Part shown: one piece after another, positions 37,755 through 48,202 of the stretch
Layout: every line of letters begins with the position of its first letter
How positions within the stretch are numbered: the first letter of the stretch is position 1
Assembly (NCBI GenBank): GCA_965203445.1
Contig: OZ241883.1
Location: 1,120,001-1,184,000, forward strand
Reading direction: 5' to 3'
Source of the DNA: Candidatus Oxydemutator sp.
GTDB lineage: Bacteria; Pseudomonadota; Gammaproteobacteria; Poriferisulfidales; Oxydemutatoraceae
Length of the DNA stretch: 64,000 nt
Translations under genes and position numbers: made by a program
Notes under the pieces: generated by a model
What the model was told of the DNA's origin: nothing
Seen by the model: the letters and a program-made list of their open reading frames with translations, nothing else
Database searches by the model: none

Positions 37755-38645
37755 TCAGGCGCCTTTCAGGATCTCCTCGAGGTGGAGATGGTGGCGCCCG
37801 AGGGTGCCGCCGTAGTTGCCGGCGCTGATCATGTCGACGCCGGCGTCGGCCGCGGCCAGCATGCCGCGGCGCATGGCCTCGCGCACCGCGGCCTCGCTCA
37901 AGCCGTTGATGACGATCTCGTAGACCGCGTTGATGCCTTCCGGCAGTTGCGTCGCCGGTGCGACGTCGCGCAGCGTCGGGCAGTAGGCGTCGTTGGTCGA
38001 GGCCGGCAGGGTTTTGTATTTCGAGCCGACCTTGCTGCCCGAGCGGGTGCCGCCTGGAAACGGCATGAACGTGCCCTCGACTTCGGCGATCGCGGCGCAC
38101 GCCGCCTGCGTTGCTTCCAGCGTCGGCGCCGCCGACGCGCCCAGCAGCAGCAGGTTGCCGCCGCCGACGGTGCGTTGCACGCCGAACAGCTCGTCTATCA
38201 GGAATTCGCCGTCGAACACCGGAATGCGCCACATGCGCCGTCCGTCCAGAACTTTCGATCCCTGGTAGCCGTCGCCGAAATAGCGCAGCGCGCCGCCCAC
38301 GGAGACGCTTTGCGCCGACTCGAGACCGTTGAAGCAGGCCGTCGTCGGGCAGGTCATCACGCATTGGCCGATGCGTTCCACCAAGCGTTTCTTGAGGTCC
38401 CGTTCGCGCATCGTGAACAGCAGCACGCCGACGCCGGGGCGTCCGTCGGGGGTCGCGTCTGCGGCGACGTCGCTCTCGATGGCGGCCTCGCATCCGCAGG
38501 CGATGACCGACGTCGCAAACCCGGTCATCGTGCGCGCCGCGGTGCGCGCCCACTCGCGGTCGCTCGCGGTTATCACGACGCGGCTGCCCCAGGTCTCGAA
38601 GGCCTCGGCGTAGGTGGCGACGATCTCGGTGTTCTTGATTTTCAC
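37755..38645 (-). CDS. ftr: Formylmethanofuran:tetrahydromethanopterin formyltransferase
   Basis: TYAEAF, TGFATSVIACGCEA, TPDGRPG, RIGQCVMTCPTT, RSGSKVGSKY, SAGNYGG. Confidence 0.95.
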   Translation of the reverse strand: MKIKNTEIVATYAEAFETWGSRVVITASDREWARTAARTMTGFATSVIACGCEAAIESDVAADATPDGRPGVGVLLFTMRERDLKKRLVERIGQCVMTCPTTACFNGLESAQSVSVGGALRYFGDGYQGSKVLDGRRMWRIPVFDGEFLIDELFGVQRTVGGGNLLLLGASAAPTLEATQAACAAIAEVEGTFMPFPGGTRSGSKVGSKYKTLPASTNDAYCPTLRDVAPATQLPEGINAVYEIVINGLSEAAVREAMRRGMLAAADAGVDMISAGNYGGTLGRHHLHLEEILKGA

Positions 38646-40291
38646 CGCGCGTCCTTATCCGTTGCGGTCGGCACCACCTCGTGCAGATGCAGATAGTCGT
38701 CGCTGATCGCGTAGTTGTCGAAGCGGATGGTGTAATAGTCGTCGAAGAACGGGCGCAGCACGCCCTCGATGGCGTCGTCGTAGCCGGGCGCCACGTGCAG
38801 CAGGCGCCCGCGATGGTCGTGCTTGAACTCGTGATCCTCGATCACCAGCACGCCGTCCTTGATGACGTAGCGCGGCGAGTTGAACATCTTTTCGCGGTCG
38901 GCGTCCTCGGTGTATATCGTCACGTCGGCGTCGGCGCCGACGCCCAGGTGCCCCTTGTTGGCGAGGCCGAGGGCGCGCGCCGGGCCGGCGCGCGTGATGA
39001 TCGCGATCTCGCTCATCGTGTATTCGCGCTCCAAGCTCGCAAGGCTGGTCGTCGCCACCGCCTTCTCGTTGATGCGCTTGATCTCCTCGCGCCGAAACGC
39101 GCCGTCCATCAGCAGCCGGATCAGGCGCGGGTAATGCATGAACGAGCCGCCGTTGGGGTGGTCGGTGGACAACACCAGGCGCCACGGATCCTCCGACAGC
39201 AGGAACAATTCGAGGCCGATGGCCCATTGCAGCGCGTGCGTGAACACGTGCTCCTGGTAGGCGAACGGCATGATGCCGCAGCCGCTTTCGCATTCGGTAT
39301 CGGCGTTGACCCACTTGCTGGCCTTGTAACGGCGCAGCATCCACGCCAGCGGCGCGTCGGCGGTCATCGTGATGGCCTTGCCGAACATCACCTGGCCGAC
39401 GTCGGCGGTGACGTTCGGGTTGGCGTTGATGTAGTCTATGATCTGCTGCGCGCCCGAGCGCGGATTTTTGCCGGCCTCGCCGTCGTAACTGTGGAACTGA
39501 ATGTGCGCGATGTGCACGCGCCGTCCCTCGGCGGCCTTCATCGTTTGCAGCGTCGTGTGATAGTTGCCGCTGTGCCCCAGGTTGTTGCAGTGGATATGCG
39601 GCGGGTGCGGGAGACCGAGTTCGTTCACGGCCTCGACGAACGAGTGGATGATCTCCAGCGGCGTCAGCTCGAAGTGGTCCACCTTCTGGTCGAGGTCGGT
39701 GATGTTGCCGCGCCGCCCCTTCCACAACTCGTCGCTGCCGGGGTTGACCAGTTTCGTCGTGTAGCCCTTGGCCGCGTTCAGCCACCACGCAATCGCTTCC
39801 TTGAAGTCCTTCTTGCGGCCCTCCTTGAGCATTTTGTAGAGAAAGACGTTGTTGCCGAGCAGGATGTAAAAGCCCTTGTCTATGACCGGCGTGTCGCTGA
39901 ATTCCTCTATCGTGTGGCGCGCGAAGATCGGCGGCACCGCGGCCTCCATCGCGGTCGTGTAGCCCATGGTCGCGTAGCGGTAGCCGGTGGTGAAGGTCGA
40001 GGGCGTGATGCCGCCGGTGCCCGAGCGCGTGACCTCGGTGCCGGGGTGCACGTCCAGGCGGTGGTCCTCGGGTTGCAGCTTGCGCGCGAGATTGACCTTG
40101 GGGCCGGCGATGTGGCAATGGATGTCGACGCCGCCCGGCATCACGACCATGCCGTGCGCGTTGATGGTTCTGGCTGCGTCGGACACCGACTCGACGATTT
40201 TGCCGTCGCGGATGCAAATGGTCGCGACGTCGCCGTCCACGCCGTTGGCCGGGTCATAGACGCGCCCGTTGGTTATGCGCAATTCTGGCAC
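38642..40291 (-). CDS. fwdA: Formylmethanofuran dehydrogenase subunit A (amidohydrolase)
   Basis: DIHCHIAG, KLVNPG, HIHCNNLG, HIQFHSY, STDHPNGG. Confidence 0.95.
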   Translation of the reverse strand: MPELRITNGRVYDPANGVDGDVATICIRDGKIVESVSDAARTINAHGMVVMPGGVDIHCHIAGPKVNLARKLQPEDHRLDVHPGTEVTRSGTGGITPSTFTTGYRYATMGYTTAMEAAVPPIFARHTIEEFSDTPVIDKGFYILLGNNVFLYKMLKEGRKKDFKEAIAWWLNAAKGYTTKLVNPGSDELWKGRRGNITDLDQKVDHFELTPLEIIHSFVEAVNELGLPHPPHIHCNNLGHSGNYHTTLQTMKAAEGRRVHIAHIQFHSYDGEAGKNPRSGAQQIIDYINANPNVTADVGQVMFGKAITMTADAPLAWMLRRYKASKWVNADTECESGCGIMPFAYQEHVFTHALQWAIGLELFLLSEDPWRLVLSTDHPNGGSFMHYPRLIRLLMDGAFRREEIKRINEKAVATTSLASLEREYTMSEIAIITRAGPARALGLANKGHLGVGADADVTIYTEDADREKMFNSPRYVIKDGVLVIEDHEFKHDHRGRLLHVAPGYDDAIEGVLRPFFDDYYTIRFDNYAISDDYLHLHEVVPTATDKDAR

Positions 40292-40391
40292 TGATACGTA
40301 GCGAGGACGCCGGATCGCGCCCTATCTTCAGGGGCCGATTCGGCGGCTGGCTCGATCTGCTGGTTTGGCGGACAACTATGATTTCCCGTCG

Positions 40392-41741
40392 CTACGCGGC
40401 CCGTGGTCGGTTGCGCAGCGCGAGCACTTTGTCGTGGATCGCGGACAGGATCTCCTCGTCGTCCGGGAACGGCGACGCAAACGCCGGGCGCAGCGAAATC
40501 GGCACGTCGTCCATCCGGTACACGGTGCCGCCGGTGTTGATACCGTAGGTGGCGACGGTGAAGGCGACCCTGGCCAGGCGGCTGGTCTCGGTCGGCTTGG
40601 TGTCGAGCGAGATTACCGGGATGCGCCGCAGGCACTCGATGGCCTTCTTCGGAAAATTGGACGCCGGGTCGGTGGCGATGACCATGGCCGCGTCGGCCTC
40701 GCCGCGCGCGAGCACGTCCACGGTCGTGAACTCGCCCGGGTTGAAACGCGGAAAACCGCGATTGAAGTTGACGCCGAACGGATAACCGGTCTGCCACGAC
40801 ACGACGTTGTCGGCGCCGGTCACGTTGCCGTGTCCGCGCACCGGCTTGGCGACGAACGGCGCGTATTTGTTGAGGTCCGCGGCCAGCGCCAGCACCGCGC
40901 CCGAATTGAAGTGGCGCCCGCGCGTCATCGTCAGCCCCATGCCGAAGAACAACACACCGTAGCGACAGCTTTTCATGCGCGCGACGAGATCGTCCAGGGT
41001 CTCGCGCGACACGCCGGTCACCTCCTCGACGTCGGCGGACACCCGGCGGCCCTCGACCAGCGCGCGCAGCGTCCACAGCAACTCGAAGTCGCGCCCCGGC
41101 TTGACCTGGATGAAGATGTCGGCGACCGGCGCGCTCGGCGTCTTGCGCACGTCCACCAGCACCACGGTGCGGTCCTTCTTGCCGTTGGGGACGTGCATGC
41201 CCTTGGGCGTTACCGCGTAGCGCGTGAAGTGGCGCGGGTGCGACTCGGCCGGGTTGCCGCCCCAATAGATGACCAGGTCGGCGCGGTTCTTGACTTCGCC
41301 CAGGGTCGAGGTGGTCTCGCCGACGCCCTGAAACGCGATGCCGGAGGGGCCGTGGCACACCGACGTCGTGGTATCCACGCTGCCGCGAATCGCGTCGCTG
41401 ATCGCGACCGCGACGCGCTGTGCCTCGCAGGTCGAGTCGCTGAGCCCGTAGGTGATCGGATAGCGGGCGTTTACCAGGATGCGCGCGGCCTCCTCGACCG
41501 CCTCCTCGACGCTCGCCTCGCGCCCGTCTATCAGCGCCGCCGGACGATCCTCTATCGTATGTTCGGCGAACCACGCGCGTCCGAGCACGCATGCGTTCTT
41601 GGCCTTGGTGATCCGGTTTTCCTTCAGGTCGACGGTCAGTTCCATGTCGTCGCAGACGCAGCCGCAGAAGGTGCAGGTCGCGTCCTTGACGATTTTGGTC
41701 GGGTTTTTTTCCCGTTCCGGTTTTGTTTTGTTCTCGCTCAT
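40392..41741 (-). CDS. fwdB: Formylmethanofuran dehydrogenase subunit B (Mo/W-bis-PGD)
   Basis: CTFCGCVCDD Fe-S motif, SVCHGP metal-ligand motif, TLGEVKNRADL, RGHGNV, YRMDDVP. Confidence 0.93.
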   Translation of the reverse strand: MSENKTKPEREKNPTKIVKDATCTFCGCVCDDMELTVDLKENRITKAKNACVLGRAWFAEHTIEDRPAALIDGREASVEEAVEEAARILVNARYPITYGLSDSTCEAQRVAVAISDAIRGSVDTTTSVCHGPSGIAFQGVGETTSTLGEVKNRADLVIYWGGNPAESHPRHFTRYAVTPKGMHVPNGKKDRTVVLVDVRKTPSAPVADIFIQVKPGRDFELLWTLRALVEGRRVSADVEEVTGVSRETLDDLVARMKSCRYGVLFFGMGLTMTRGRHFNSGAVLALAADLNKYAPFVAKPVRGHGNVTGADNVVSWQTGYPFGVNFNRGFPRFNPGEFTTVDVLARGEADAAMVIATDPASNFPKKAIECLRRIPVISLDTKPTETSRLARVAFTVATYGINTGGTVYRMDDVPISLRPAFASPFPDDEEILSAIHDKVLALRNRPRAA

Positions 41742-41745
41742 CGGA

Positions 41746-42114
41746 TTACTCGGCTTTGTCGTGCTCGTTGGTCTTGGGCACGGCCTCGACGCGGACTTCG
41801 ATCTGCTTGGACAAGGGCATGCCGCTGCCCGCCGTGTCGCTGCCCATCAACTCGCTCGACGACGGGCCGTAGGCCATGAAAATTATACCAGACGGCAAGT
41901 CGGCGGCCTTCTTCGGCACGCACGTTACGACGACCTCGCCCTCGTCGGAAGTCAGGCGCACCGCGTCGCCTTTTTCGAGTTTCAGGCTCTTCATGTCGTC
42001 TTCGTTCATCTCGACGGTCGAGGTGACGGCGAGGTATTCGTCCTTGAGTTTGCCGGCGTTCAGCGAGGTGCCCTGCTTGGTCGTTCTGCCGGGAATCAGC
42101 AGCATGGTTCTCAT
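41746..42114 (-). CDS. fwdD: Formylmethanofuran dehydrogenase subunit D (molybdopterin dinucleotide-binding)
   Basis: LIPGRTTKQG, MNEDDM..L, GIIFMAYGP, TAGSGMP. Confidence 0.88.
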   Translation of the reverse strand: MRTMLLIPGRTTKQGTSLNAGKLKDEYLAVTSTVEMNEDDMKSLKLEKGDAVRLTSDEGEVVVTCVPKKAADLPSGIIFMAYGPSSSELMGSDTAGSGMPLSKQIEVRVEAVPKTNEHDKAE

Positions 42115-42461
42115 ACGGTTTTTGTACGTACGTCGTGCGGAAGTCGTGGTAAGGAATCGTGAAGGAATTGCGCGCACGGCGCGAGCGCAGGCGACAAAGA
42201 TACTACGATACTACAATACAAGCTTAATTCAAGAAATATCCGGCTTTGCCTGGCCGGGCGCGGCCCGCGGCCACGCCCGCACGCTGACCCGGAAGTTATA
42301 GTCGTCGTTGCCGGCCCCTTCGGTGGGTACGCCGGCGGGGCCGCCGGCTGCGTTGCTTGTCTGTTATACTGGTATATTCTGCCGCGTACAATCCGCAAAA
42401 CAGTTCCGCGCCAGGCAGAACGTCAGGCCACGGCATCTAACGAAGTCTTTTTAAGGAGAGA

Positions 42462-43577
42462 ATGGTGAGCCAAGCAAGCCAGCCGTGCGTCGGCGTCTTG
42501 TCGGAGACGACCGCGCTCGAGAAACGGGTTTCATTGGTGCCGGAGACGGTGGGTTCTCTGGTCGGCGCCGGTCTTCGGGTCACGGTGGCGCGCGACGCCG
42601 GCGCGGGCGCCGGTTTCGGCGACGAATTGTACGCCGACGCGGGCGCGTCGCTCGCCGACAACGACGCGGTCTATCGCGACGCCGACGTCATCGTTTGCGT
42701 GACGCCGTTTTCGCCCGACAACGCCGAGCGTCTGCGCGACGGCTGCATCGTCGCCGGCTTTCTCGATCCCGTGGGGCAGCCCCAGGCGGCGGAAGTGTTC
42801 GCGCGCAAGAACGTCACGGCCTTGGCGTTCGAGCAAATGCCGCGCACGACGCGCGCCCAGGCCATGGACGCGCTGTCGTCGCAGCGCTCGGTCATCGGCT
42901 ACACGTCGGTGCTGATGGGCGCCAACCTGCTGCCGCGTTTTATCCCGATGCTGACGACGCCGGCGGGAACGATCCGTCCGGCGAGCATCTTTGTCATCGG
43001 CACCGGCGTCGCCGGCTTGCAGGCGATTGCGACGGCCAAGCGCCTCGGCGCCATCGTGCTTGCGACCGACGTGCGCGCGGTGGCCAAGGAGCAGGTCGAA
43101 TCTCTCGGCGCGCGTTTCGTGTTTCCCGACATCGAGGCCGACGCCGACGGCGGCTACGCGCGCGAATTGACCGAGGACGAAAAGAAAAAGCAGCAGGAGC
43201 TGCTGGCCAAGAGCATCGCCGACTCCGATATCGTGATCACCACGGCCCTGATCCCGGGGCGCCCGGCGCCGAAGATCGTCGGCGAGGACGTGATCAAGAC
43301 GATGAAGCCGGGTTCGGTTATCGTCGACGCCGCGGCCGACGGCGGCGGCAACTGCGCGCTCAGCAATCCGGGCGCCACCGAGACGCACCACGGCGTCACG
43401 GTGCACGCGCCGCTGAACGTGCCGAGCCACCTGCCGACCCATTCGAGCGTCATGTATTCGCGCAACCTGCACAACCTCCTGAAACTGATGTTGGACGACG
43501 ACGGGAACTTGGCGCCGGATTGGGAAGACGAGATTTTGCAGGGGGCGCGGCTTGCGCGCGCCGGCGCCGAAAACTAA
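42462..43577 (+). CDS. pntAA: NAD(P) transhydrogenase alpha, part 1
   Basis: EKRVSLVP, RTTRAQAMDALSSQ, GTGVAGLQA, TTALIPGRPAP. Confidence 0.95.
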   Translation: MVSQASQPCVGVLSETTALEKRVSLVPETVGSLVGAGLRVTVARDAGAGAGFGDELYADAGASLADNDAVYRDADVIVCVTPFSPDNAERLRDGCIVAGFLDPVGQPQAAEVFARKNVTALAFEQMPRTTRAQAMDALSSQRSVIGYTSVLMGANLLPRFIPMLTTPAGTIRPASIFVIGTGVAGLQAIATAKRLGAIVLATDVRAVAKEQVESLGARFVFPDIEADADGGYARELTEDEKKKQQELLAKSIADSDIVITTALIPGRPAPKIVGEDVIKTMKPGSVIVDAAADGGGNCALSNPGATETHHGVTVHAPLNVPSHLPTHSSVMYSRNLHNLLKLMLDDDGNLAPDWEDEILQGARLARAGAEN

Positions 43578-43697
43578 GGCGGCGCACGGCGACCCGAACC
43601 AACCCCCGGTGCTCTTTGTTTTTGCCAACCCCAATTTTATCAACCCAACTTTACCAACCAAGGGCCCCCACGAGAAACGCCCACACAGGAGACACCC

Positions 43698-44039
43698 ATG
43701 AGTGCGGAAATTATCGGAATCATCGCGTTGTACATTTTCATGCTGTCGGCGTTCACCGGCTACGAGGTCATCAGCCGCGTGCCTTCGATTTTGCACACGC
43801 CGCTGATGTCGGGCTCGAACTTCATCCACGGCATCGTGCTGGTCGGCGCCATGGTGGTGTTGGGTCGGGCCGATCCGAATGACGTGGTCAGCTTGGTCAT
43901 CGGCTTCATCGGCGTGGTGCTGGCCGCCGGCAACGCGGTCGGCGGCTACGTCGTGACCGAGCGCATGCTCGGCATGTTCAAACAGAGCGGCGACTCCAAG
44001 AACGACTCCAAGGGCGATTCCAAGGGCGGCTCCAAATGA
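43698..44039 (+). CDS. pntAB: NAD(P) transhydrogenase alpha, part 2
   Basis: VPSILHTPLMSGSNFIHG, GGYVVTERMLGMF. Confidence 0.95.
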   Translation: MSAEIIGIIALYIFMLSAFTGYEVISRVPSILHTPLMSGSNFIHGIVLVGAMVVLGRADPNDVVSLVIGFIGVVLAAGNAVGGYVVTERMLGMFKQSGDSKNDSKGDSKGGSK

Positions 44040-45415
44040 TCTCCGAGATCCAGACCGCGGTCATCCAGATCGCGTACTTCGTCGCCGCGTTTTTGTTCAT
44101 CGTCGGCCTGCGCCAGATGAGCTCGCCGGTGTCCGCCGGACGCGGCATCGTCTGGGCCGGCATCGGCATGCTGGTGGCGACGCTGGTCACCTTCGGCTGG
44201 CCCGACATGGGCAACTACGCGCTGATGACGGTCGCAATTTTCGTCGGCGGCATCGTCGCGTGGATCACCGGCAAGCGCGTGCAGATGACCGGAATGCCGC
44301 AGATGATCGCGCTCTACAACGGCATGGGCGGCGGCGCCGCGGCCTGCATCGGCGCGCTCGAACTATGGCACAGCGAAAGCCACGGCCACGTCGTGCTGGC
44401 GCTGGCGGCGGCCGGCGGCCTGATCGGTTCGGTGTCCTTTTCCGGTTCGCTGATCGCGTTCGCCAAGCTGCAAGGGCTGATCAACAAGTCGTTCGTGTTC
44501 AAGGGGCAGCACGTGCTGAACGGCGCGCTGCTGCTGGCGGCGGTCGTGCTCGGCGTGATATTTGCAAGCGGCGCGGTGCCGACCCATCTGCTGATCCTGT
44601 TCTTTGCCGGCGTCCTGCTGCTCGGCATCCTGATGACGCTGCCGATAGGCGGCGCCGACATGCCGGTCGTGATCTCGCTCTACAACGCGCTGACCGGCCT
44701 GGCCGTCGGCTTCGAGGGTTTCGTGCTGAACAACGCGGCGATGATTATCGCCGGCACCGTGGTCGGCGCCTCGGGCACGCTGCTTACGCAGCTGATGGCC
44801 AAGGCCATGAACCGCTCGCTTGCGAACGTGCTGTTCTCCGGTTTCGGTTCGCAGCAGCAGGCCGAGGGCGACGTCGACGGTCAGATGAAGCCCATCGAGG
44901 CCAACGACGCGGCCGTGATGATGGCGTACTCGCAGAAGGTCATCGTCATTCCCGGCTACGGCATGGCCGTGGCCCAGGCGCAGCACAAGCTGTGGGAGTT
45001 CGCGCAGATGCTCGAGGCGCGGAACGTCGAGGTGCTGTTTGCGATCCATCCGGTGGCCGGGCGCATGCCGGGGCACATGAACGTGCTGCTGGCCGAGGCC
45101 GGCGTACCCTACGACAAAATTTTCGATCTGGAGGACGTCAACGCCAGTTTCCCGCAGACCGACGTCGCGCTGGTCATCGGCGCCAACGACGTCGTCAACC
45201 CGGACGCGCGCACCAACAAGTCGAGTCCGATCTACGGCATGCCGATCCTGGACGCCGACCGGGCGGCGACGTGCATCGTCATCAAGCGCGGCCAGGGCAA
45301 GGGCTTCTCCGGCATCCAGAACAAACTGTTTTTCGCCGACAACACGCGCATGCTGTACGGCGACGGCCAGAAGGTCTGCTCCAACCTGGTACAGGGAATC
45401 AAGCAGTTGGGCTGA
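44036..45415 (+). CDS. pntB: NAD(P) transhydrogenase beta
   Basis: IGGADMPVVIS, PGYGMAVAQAQ, HPVAGRMPGHMNVLLAEA. Confidence 0.96.
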   Translation: MISEIQTAVIQIAYFVAAFLFIVGLRQMSSPVSAGRGIVWAGIGMLVATLVTFGWPDMGNYALMTVAIFVGGIVAWITGKRVQMTGMPQMIALYNGMGGGAAACIGALELWHSESHGHVVLALAAAGGLIGSVSFSGSLIAFAKLQGLINKSFVFKGQHVLNGALLLAAVVLGVIFASGAVPTHLLILFFAGVLLLGILMTLPIGGADMPVVISLYNALTGLAVGFEGFVLNNAAMIIAGTVVGASGTLLTQLMAKAMNRSLANVLFSGFGSQQQAEGDVDGQMKPIEANDAAVMMAYSQKVIVIPGYGMAVAQAQHKLWEFAQMLEARNVEVLFAIHPVAGRMPGHMNVLLAEAGVPYDKIFDLEDVNASFPQTDVALVIGANDVVNPDARTNKSSPIYGMPILDADRAATCIVIKRGQGKGFSGIQNKLFFADNTRMLYGDGQKVCSNLVQGIKQLG

Positions 45416-45592
45416 ACGCGCGCGGCGCGCGCGCGCCGCGCCATACACGTCGTCGGTCGGCGCCACGCCGAACGCGCGACGGGGCGGCTGCGCCGCCGGC
45501 GACGAGGCGACGATCCGCCACACCCCGCGGCCGTCGAGAAAATCAGAAAACGCGCCAAGTTGCGAAAGCCCGCGCCGTGATAAAATCCGGCC

Positions 45593-46561
45593 GTGTCCGC
45601 GCACGCCGAAATCAACAACCTCAAAACCTGCATCGAACGGCGCATCATCGGCCAGGACGCGCTGGTCGAACGGCTTTTGATCGCGCTGTTGGCCGACGGC
45701 CACTTGCTGGTGGAAGGCGCGCCGGGACTGGCCAAGACGCGCGCGGTCAAGGTGCTCGGAGACGCCGTCGAGGGCGACTTCCAGCGCATCCAGTTCACGC
45801 CGGATCTATTGCCCGCCGATCTCACCGGCACCGAGATCTACCGCCCGCAAGAGGGCGTTTTTACATTTCGCAGCGGCCCGTTGTTCCACAACCTGGTGCT
45901 GGCCGACGAAGTCAACCGCGCGCCGGCCAAGGTGCAGTCGGCGCTGCTCGAGGCGATGGCCGAGCGCCAGGTTACGGTCGGCGACCGCACCTATCCGCTG
46001 CCGAGGCTGTTTCTGGTAATGGCGACGCAGAACCCGATCGAGCAGGAGGGTACCTACGGCCTGCCCGAGGCGCAGCTCGATCGTTTTCTGATGCACGTGC
46101 GCATAGACTATCCCGATGCCGAACGCGAACGGGAGATACTGAGGCTGGTGCGCGATGAGCAGCTCAGCGCCGCCGCCGAGCGGCGCGATGCCGACGCGCC
46201 GCTGTCGCAACGGACGGTCTTCGCCGCGCGCGACGAGGTGCTGGGGCTGCACATGTCGCAGGAGGTCGAGGGGTATCTGCTGCAACTGGTGTTGGCGACG
46301 CGCGATCCCGGCGCCTATGGCGACGATCTCGCGGGGTGGTTGCAGTACGGCGGCAGCCCGCGCGCGACCATCGCGCTGGACCGTTGCGCCCGCGCCCGTG
46401 CCTGGCTGGCCGACCGCGACTACGTGGCGCCCGACGACGTCCAGGCCGTCAGCGCCGACGTGCTGCGCCACCGTTTGATTCTGAATTACGAGGCGGAAGC
46501 GGACGGCGTCACGCCGGATCAGGTGGTCTCCGAACTCGTTGCCCGCATCGCGGTGCCGTGA
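45593..46561 (+). CDS. moxR: MoxR family AAA+ ATPase
   Basis: EGAPGLAKT, RIQFTPDLLPAD, DEVNRAPAKVQSALLEAM, ATQNPIEQEGTY. Confidence 0.93.
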   Translation: MSAHAEINNLKTCIERRIIGQDALVERLLIALLADGHLLVEGAPGLAKTRAVKVLGDAVEGDFQRIQFTPDLLPADLTGTEIYRPQEGVFTFRSGPLFHNLVLADEVNRAPAKVQSALLEAMAERQVTVGDRTYPLPRLFLVMATQNPIEQEGTYGLPEAQLDRFLMHVRIDYPDAEREREILRLVRDEQLSAAAERRDADAPLSQRTVFAARDEVLGLHMSQEVEGYLLQLVLATRDPGAYGDDLAGWLQYGGSPRATIALDRCARARAWLADRDYVAPDDVQAVSADVLRHRLILNYEAEADGVTPDQVVSELVARIAVP

Positions 46562-46757
46562 GCGGCACGGCAGTTGGTTTGTCGCCGGCGGATCGGACGG
46601 CCGCTACGACCCTTCCGGTATAGAAGGCGTGTCGGCGTCGGGCCTCGCTTGCGCGTGCCTCGCCGAGTCATCCGCCTGGGAAAGTCCGATTCGCTTTGGT
46701 GAAGGTGTACACTTCGTGTATTGGGGCGCCGGGTACAATAGTTTGTGTTCAAAGCCG

Positions 46758-46846
46758 GGAGAGGTGGCTGAGTGGTCGAAGGCGGCGGTCTTGAAAACCG
46801 TTGACCGTTTTGCGGTCCGGGGGTTCGAATCCCTCCCTCTCCGCCA
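46758..46846 (+). tRNA. tRNA-Ser (TGA)
   Basis: GGAGAGG...CT-TGA-AA anticodon loop, long variable arm, GGTTCGAATCC, CCTCTCCGCCA. Confidence 0.95.
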
Positions 46847-46980
46847 CAGTTTTCCGGGCGCGCGGCCGCGGCGCTTGCAGTGACGCCAGAGCAGCCCGCG
46901 CGCCGTTGTTTTGGGCACCTCGTGCCATTCCCATACAATAGCGGCATGAAATTTGCGTGCGGCAGGAGGAGTGGGCGCGG

Positions 46981-47430
46981 ATGACGCCACCGGCCTACAA
47001 GCGTCCCGAATCGGTGCTGGTGTTGGTGTACGCAAAGTCCGGCAAAGTGCTGTTGTTGCGCCGCAAGACCCCCGACTTTTTCTGGCAGTCGGTCGCCGGC
47101 AGCCTGGAATGGGGCGAGGCGCCGCGCGCCGCGGCGGCGCGCGAATTGCAAGAGGAGACCGGCTTGAGCGCGGCCGACGTCGTGGATTGCGAGACCGTGA
47201 ACCGTTATCTGATTTACCCGATGTGGCGGCACCGCTACGCGCCGGGCGTGATCGAAAATACCGAGTACGTGTTTCGCCTGCGTCTTGAGCGACCCTGCGA
47301 CGTCAGGCTCGATACGCGCGAACACCGCGAATACCAGTGGCTCGCCGCCGCCGAGGCCGCGGCCGCGGTCGGTTCGCACACCAACCGCACCGCGATAGAG
47401 CGATGGGTGGACGGGTATGGCCGGCCATAG
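46981..47430 (+). CDS. nudB: Dihydroneopterin triphosphate diphosphatase
   Basis: [18 protein letters not shown]...[19 protein letters not shown]. Confidence 0.92.
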   Translation: MTPPAYKRPESVLVLVYAKSGKVLLLRRKTPDFFWQSVAGSLEWGEAPRAAAARELQEETGLSAADVVDCETVNRYLIYPMWRHRYAPGVIENTEYVFRLRLERPCDVRLDTREHREYQWLAAAEAAAAVGSHTNRTAIERWVDGYGRP

Positions 47431-48184
47431 CAAGTGGGCCAACATACAGCACCGCAAAAAGGCGCAGGACGCCAAGCGCGGCAAGTTGTTCACGCGCCTG
47501 ATCCGCGAGGTCACGGTCGCCGCGCGCCTGGGCGGCGGCGACCCCGACGCCAACCCGCGCCTGCGCGTAGCGGTCGAGAAAGCCACGGCGGCCAACATTG
47601 GCAAGGACAACATCCGGCGCTCGATTCAACGCGGCGTCGGCGAGTCGGACGGGTGCGTCTATGAAAACGTCACCTACGAAGGCTATGGCCCCGGCGCCGC
47701 CGCGGTGCTCGTCGAGTGCGCGACCGACAACAAAAACCGCACCGTGGCCGAGGTGCGCCACGCCTTCGGCCGCTACGGCGGCAATCTCGGCGCCTCGGGT
47801 TCGGTTCTCTATCTGTTCAAACAAAGGGGCGTGCTCAGGTACCCGCCCGGCTGCGACGAGGACGCGGTGATAGAGGCGGCCATCGCCGCCGGTGCCGACG
47901 ACGTGGCGTCGGACGCCGACGGTCTGCGCGTGATCGTCGCCCCGCAACGACTCCTCGAGACGCGCCAGGCGATGCAACGCGCGGGGTCGGCGCCCGCCGC
48001 CGACGCGGTCGAGATGACGCCCGTAAGCATGGTGCCGCTGGCCGCGGACGACGCCGACAAATTGGCGCGCCTGCTCGAGGCGCTCGAGGCGATAGACGAC
48101 GTGCAGGACGTCTATTGCAACGCCGCCTTCCCCGACGAGCGCCCGGACGAGGCGCCCGCCGAGAGACCCGGCGCGCCGGGCTGA
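47417..48184 (+). CDS. yebC: YebC/PmpR family protein
   Basis: [28 protein letters not shown]. Confidence 0.95.
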   Translation: MAGHSKWANIQHRKKAQDAKRGKLFTRLIREVTVAARLGGGDPDANPRLRVAVEKATAANIGKDNIRRSIQRGVGESDGCVYENVTYEGYGPGAAAVLVECATDNKNRTVAEVRHAFGRYGGNLGASGSVLYLFKQRGVLRYPPGCDEDAVIEAAIAAGADDVASDADGLRVIVAPQRLLETRQAMQRAGSAPAADAVEMTPVSMVPLAADDADKLARLLEALEAIDDVQDVYCNAAFPDERPDEAPAERPGAPG

Positions 48185-48202
48185 CGGCGCGCGTGGAGCA
48201 CG

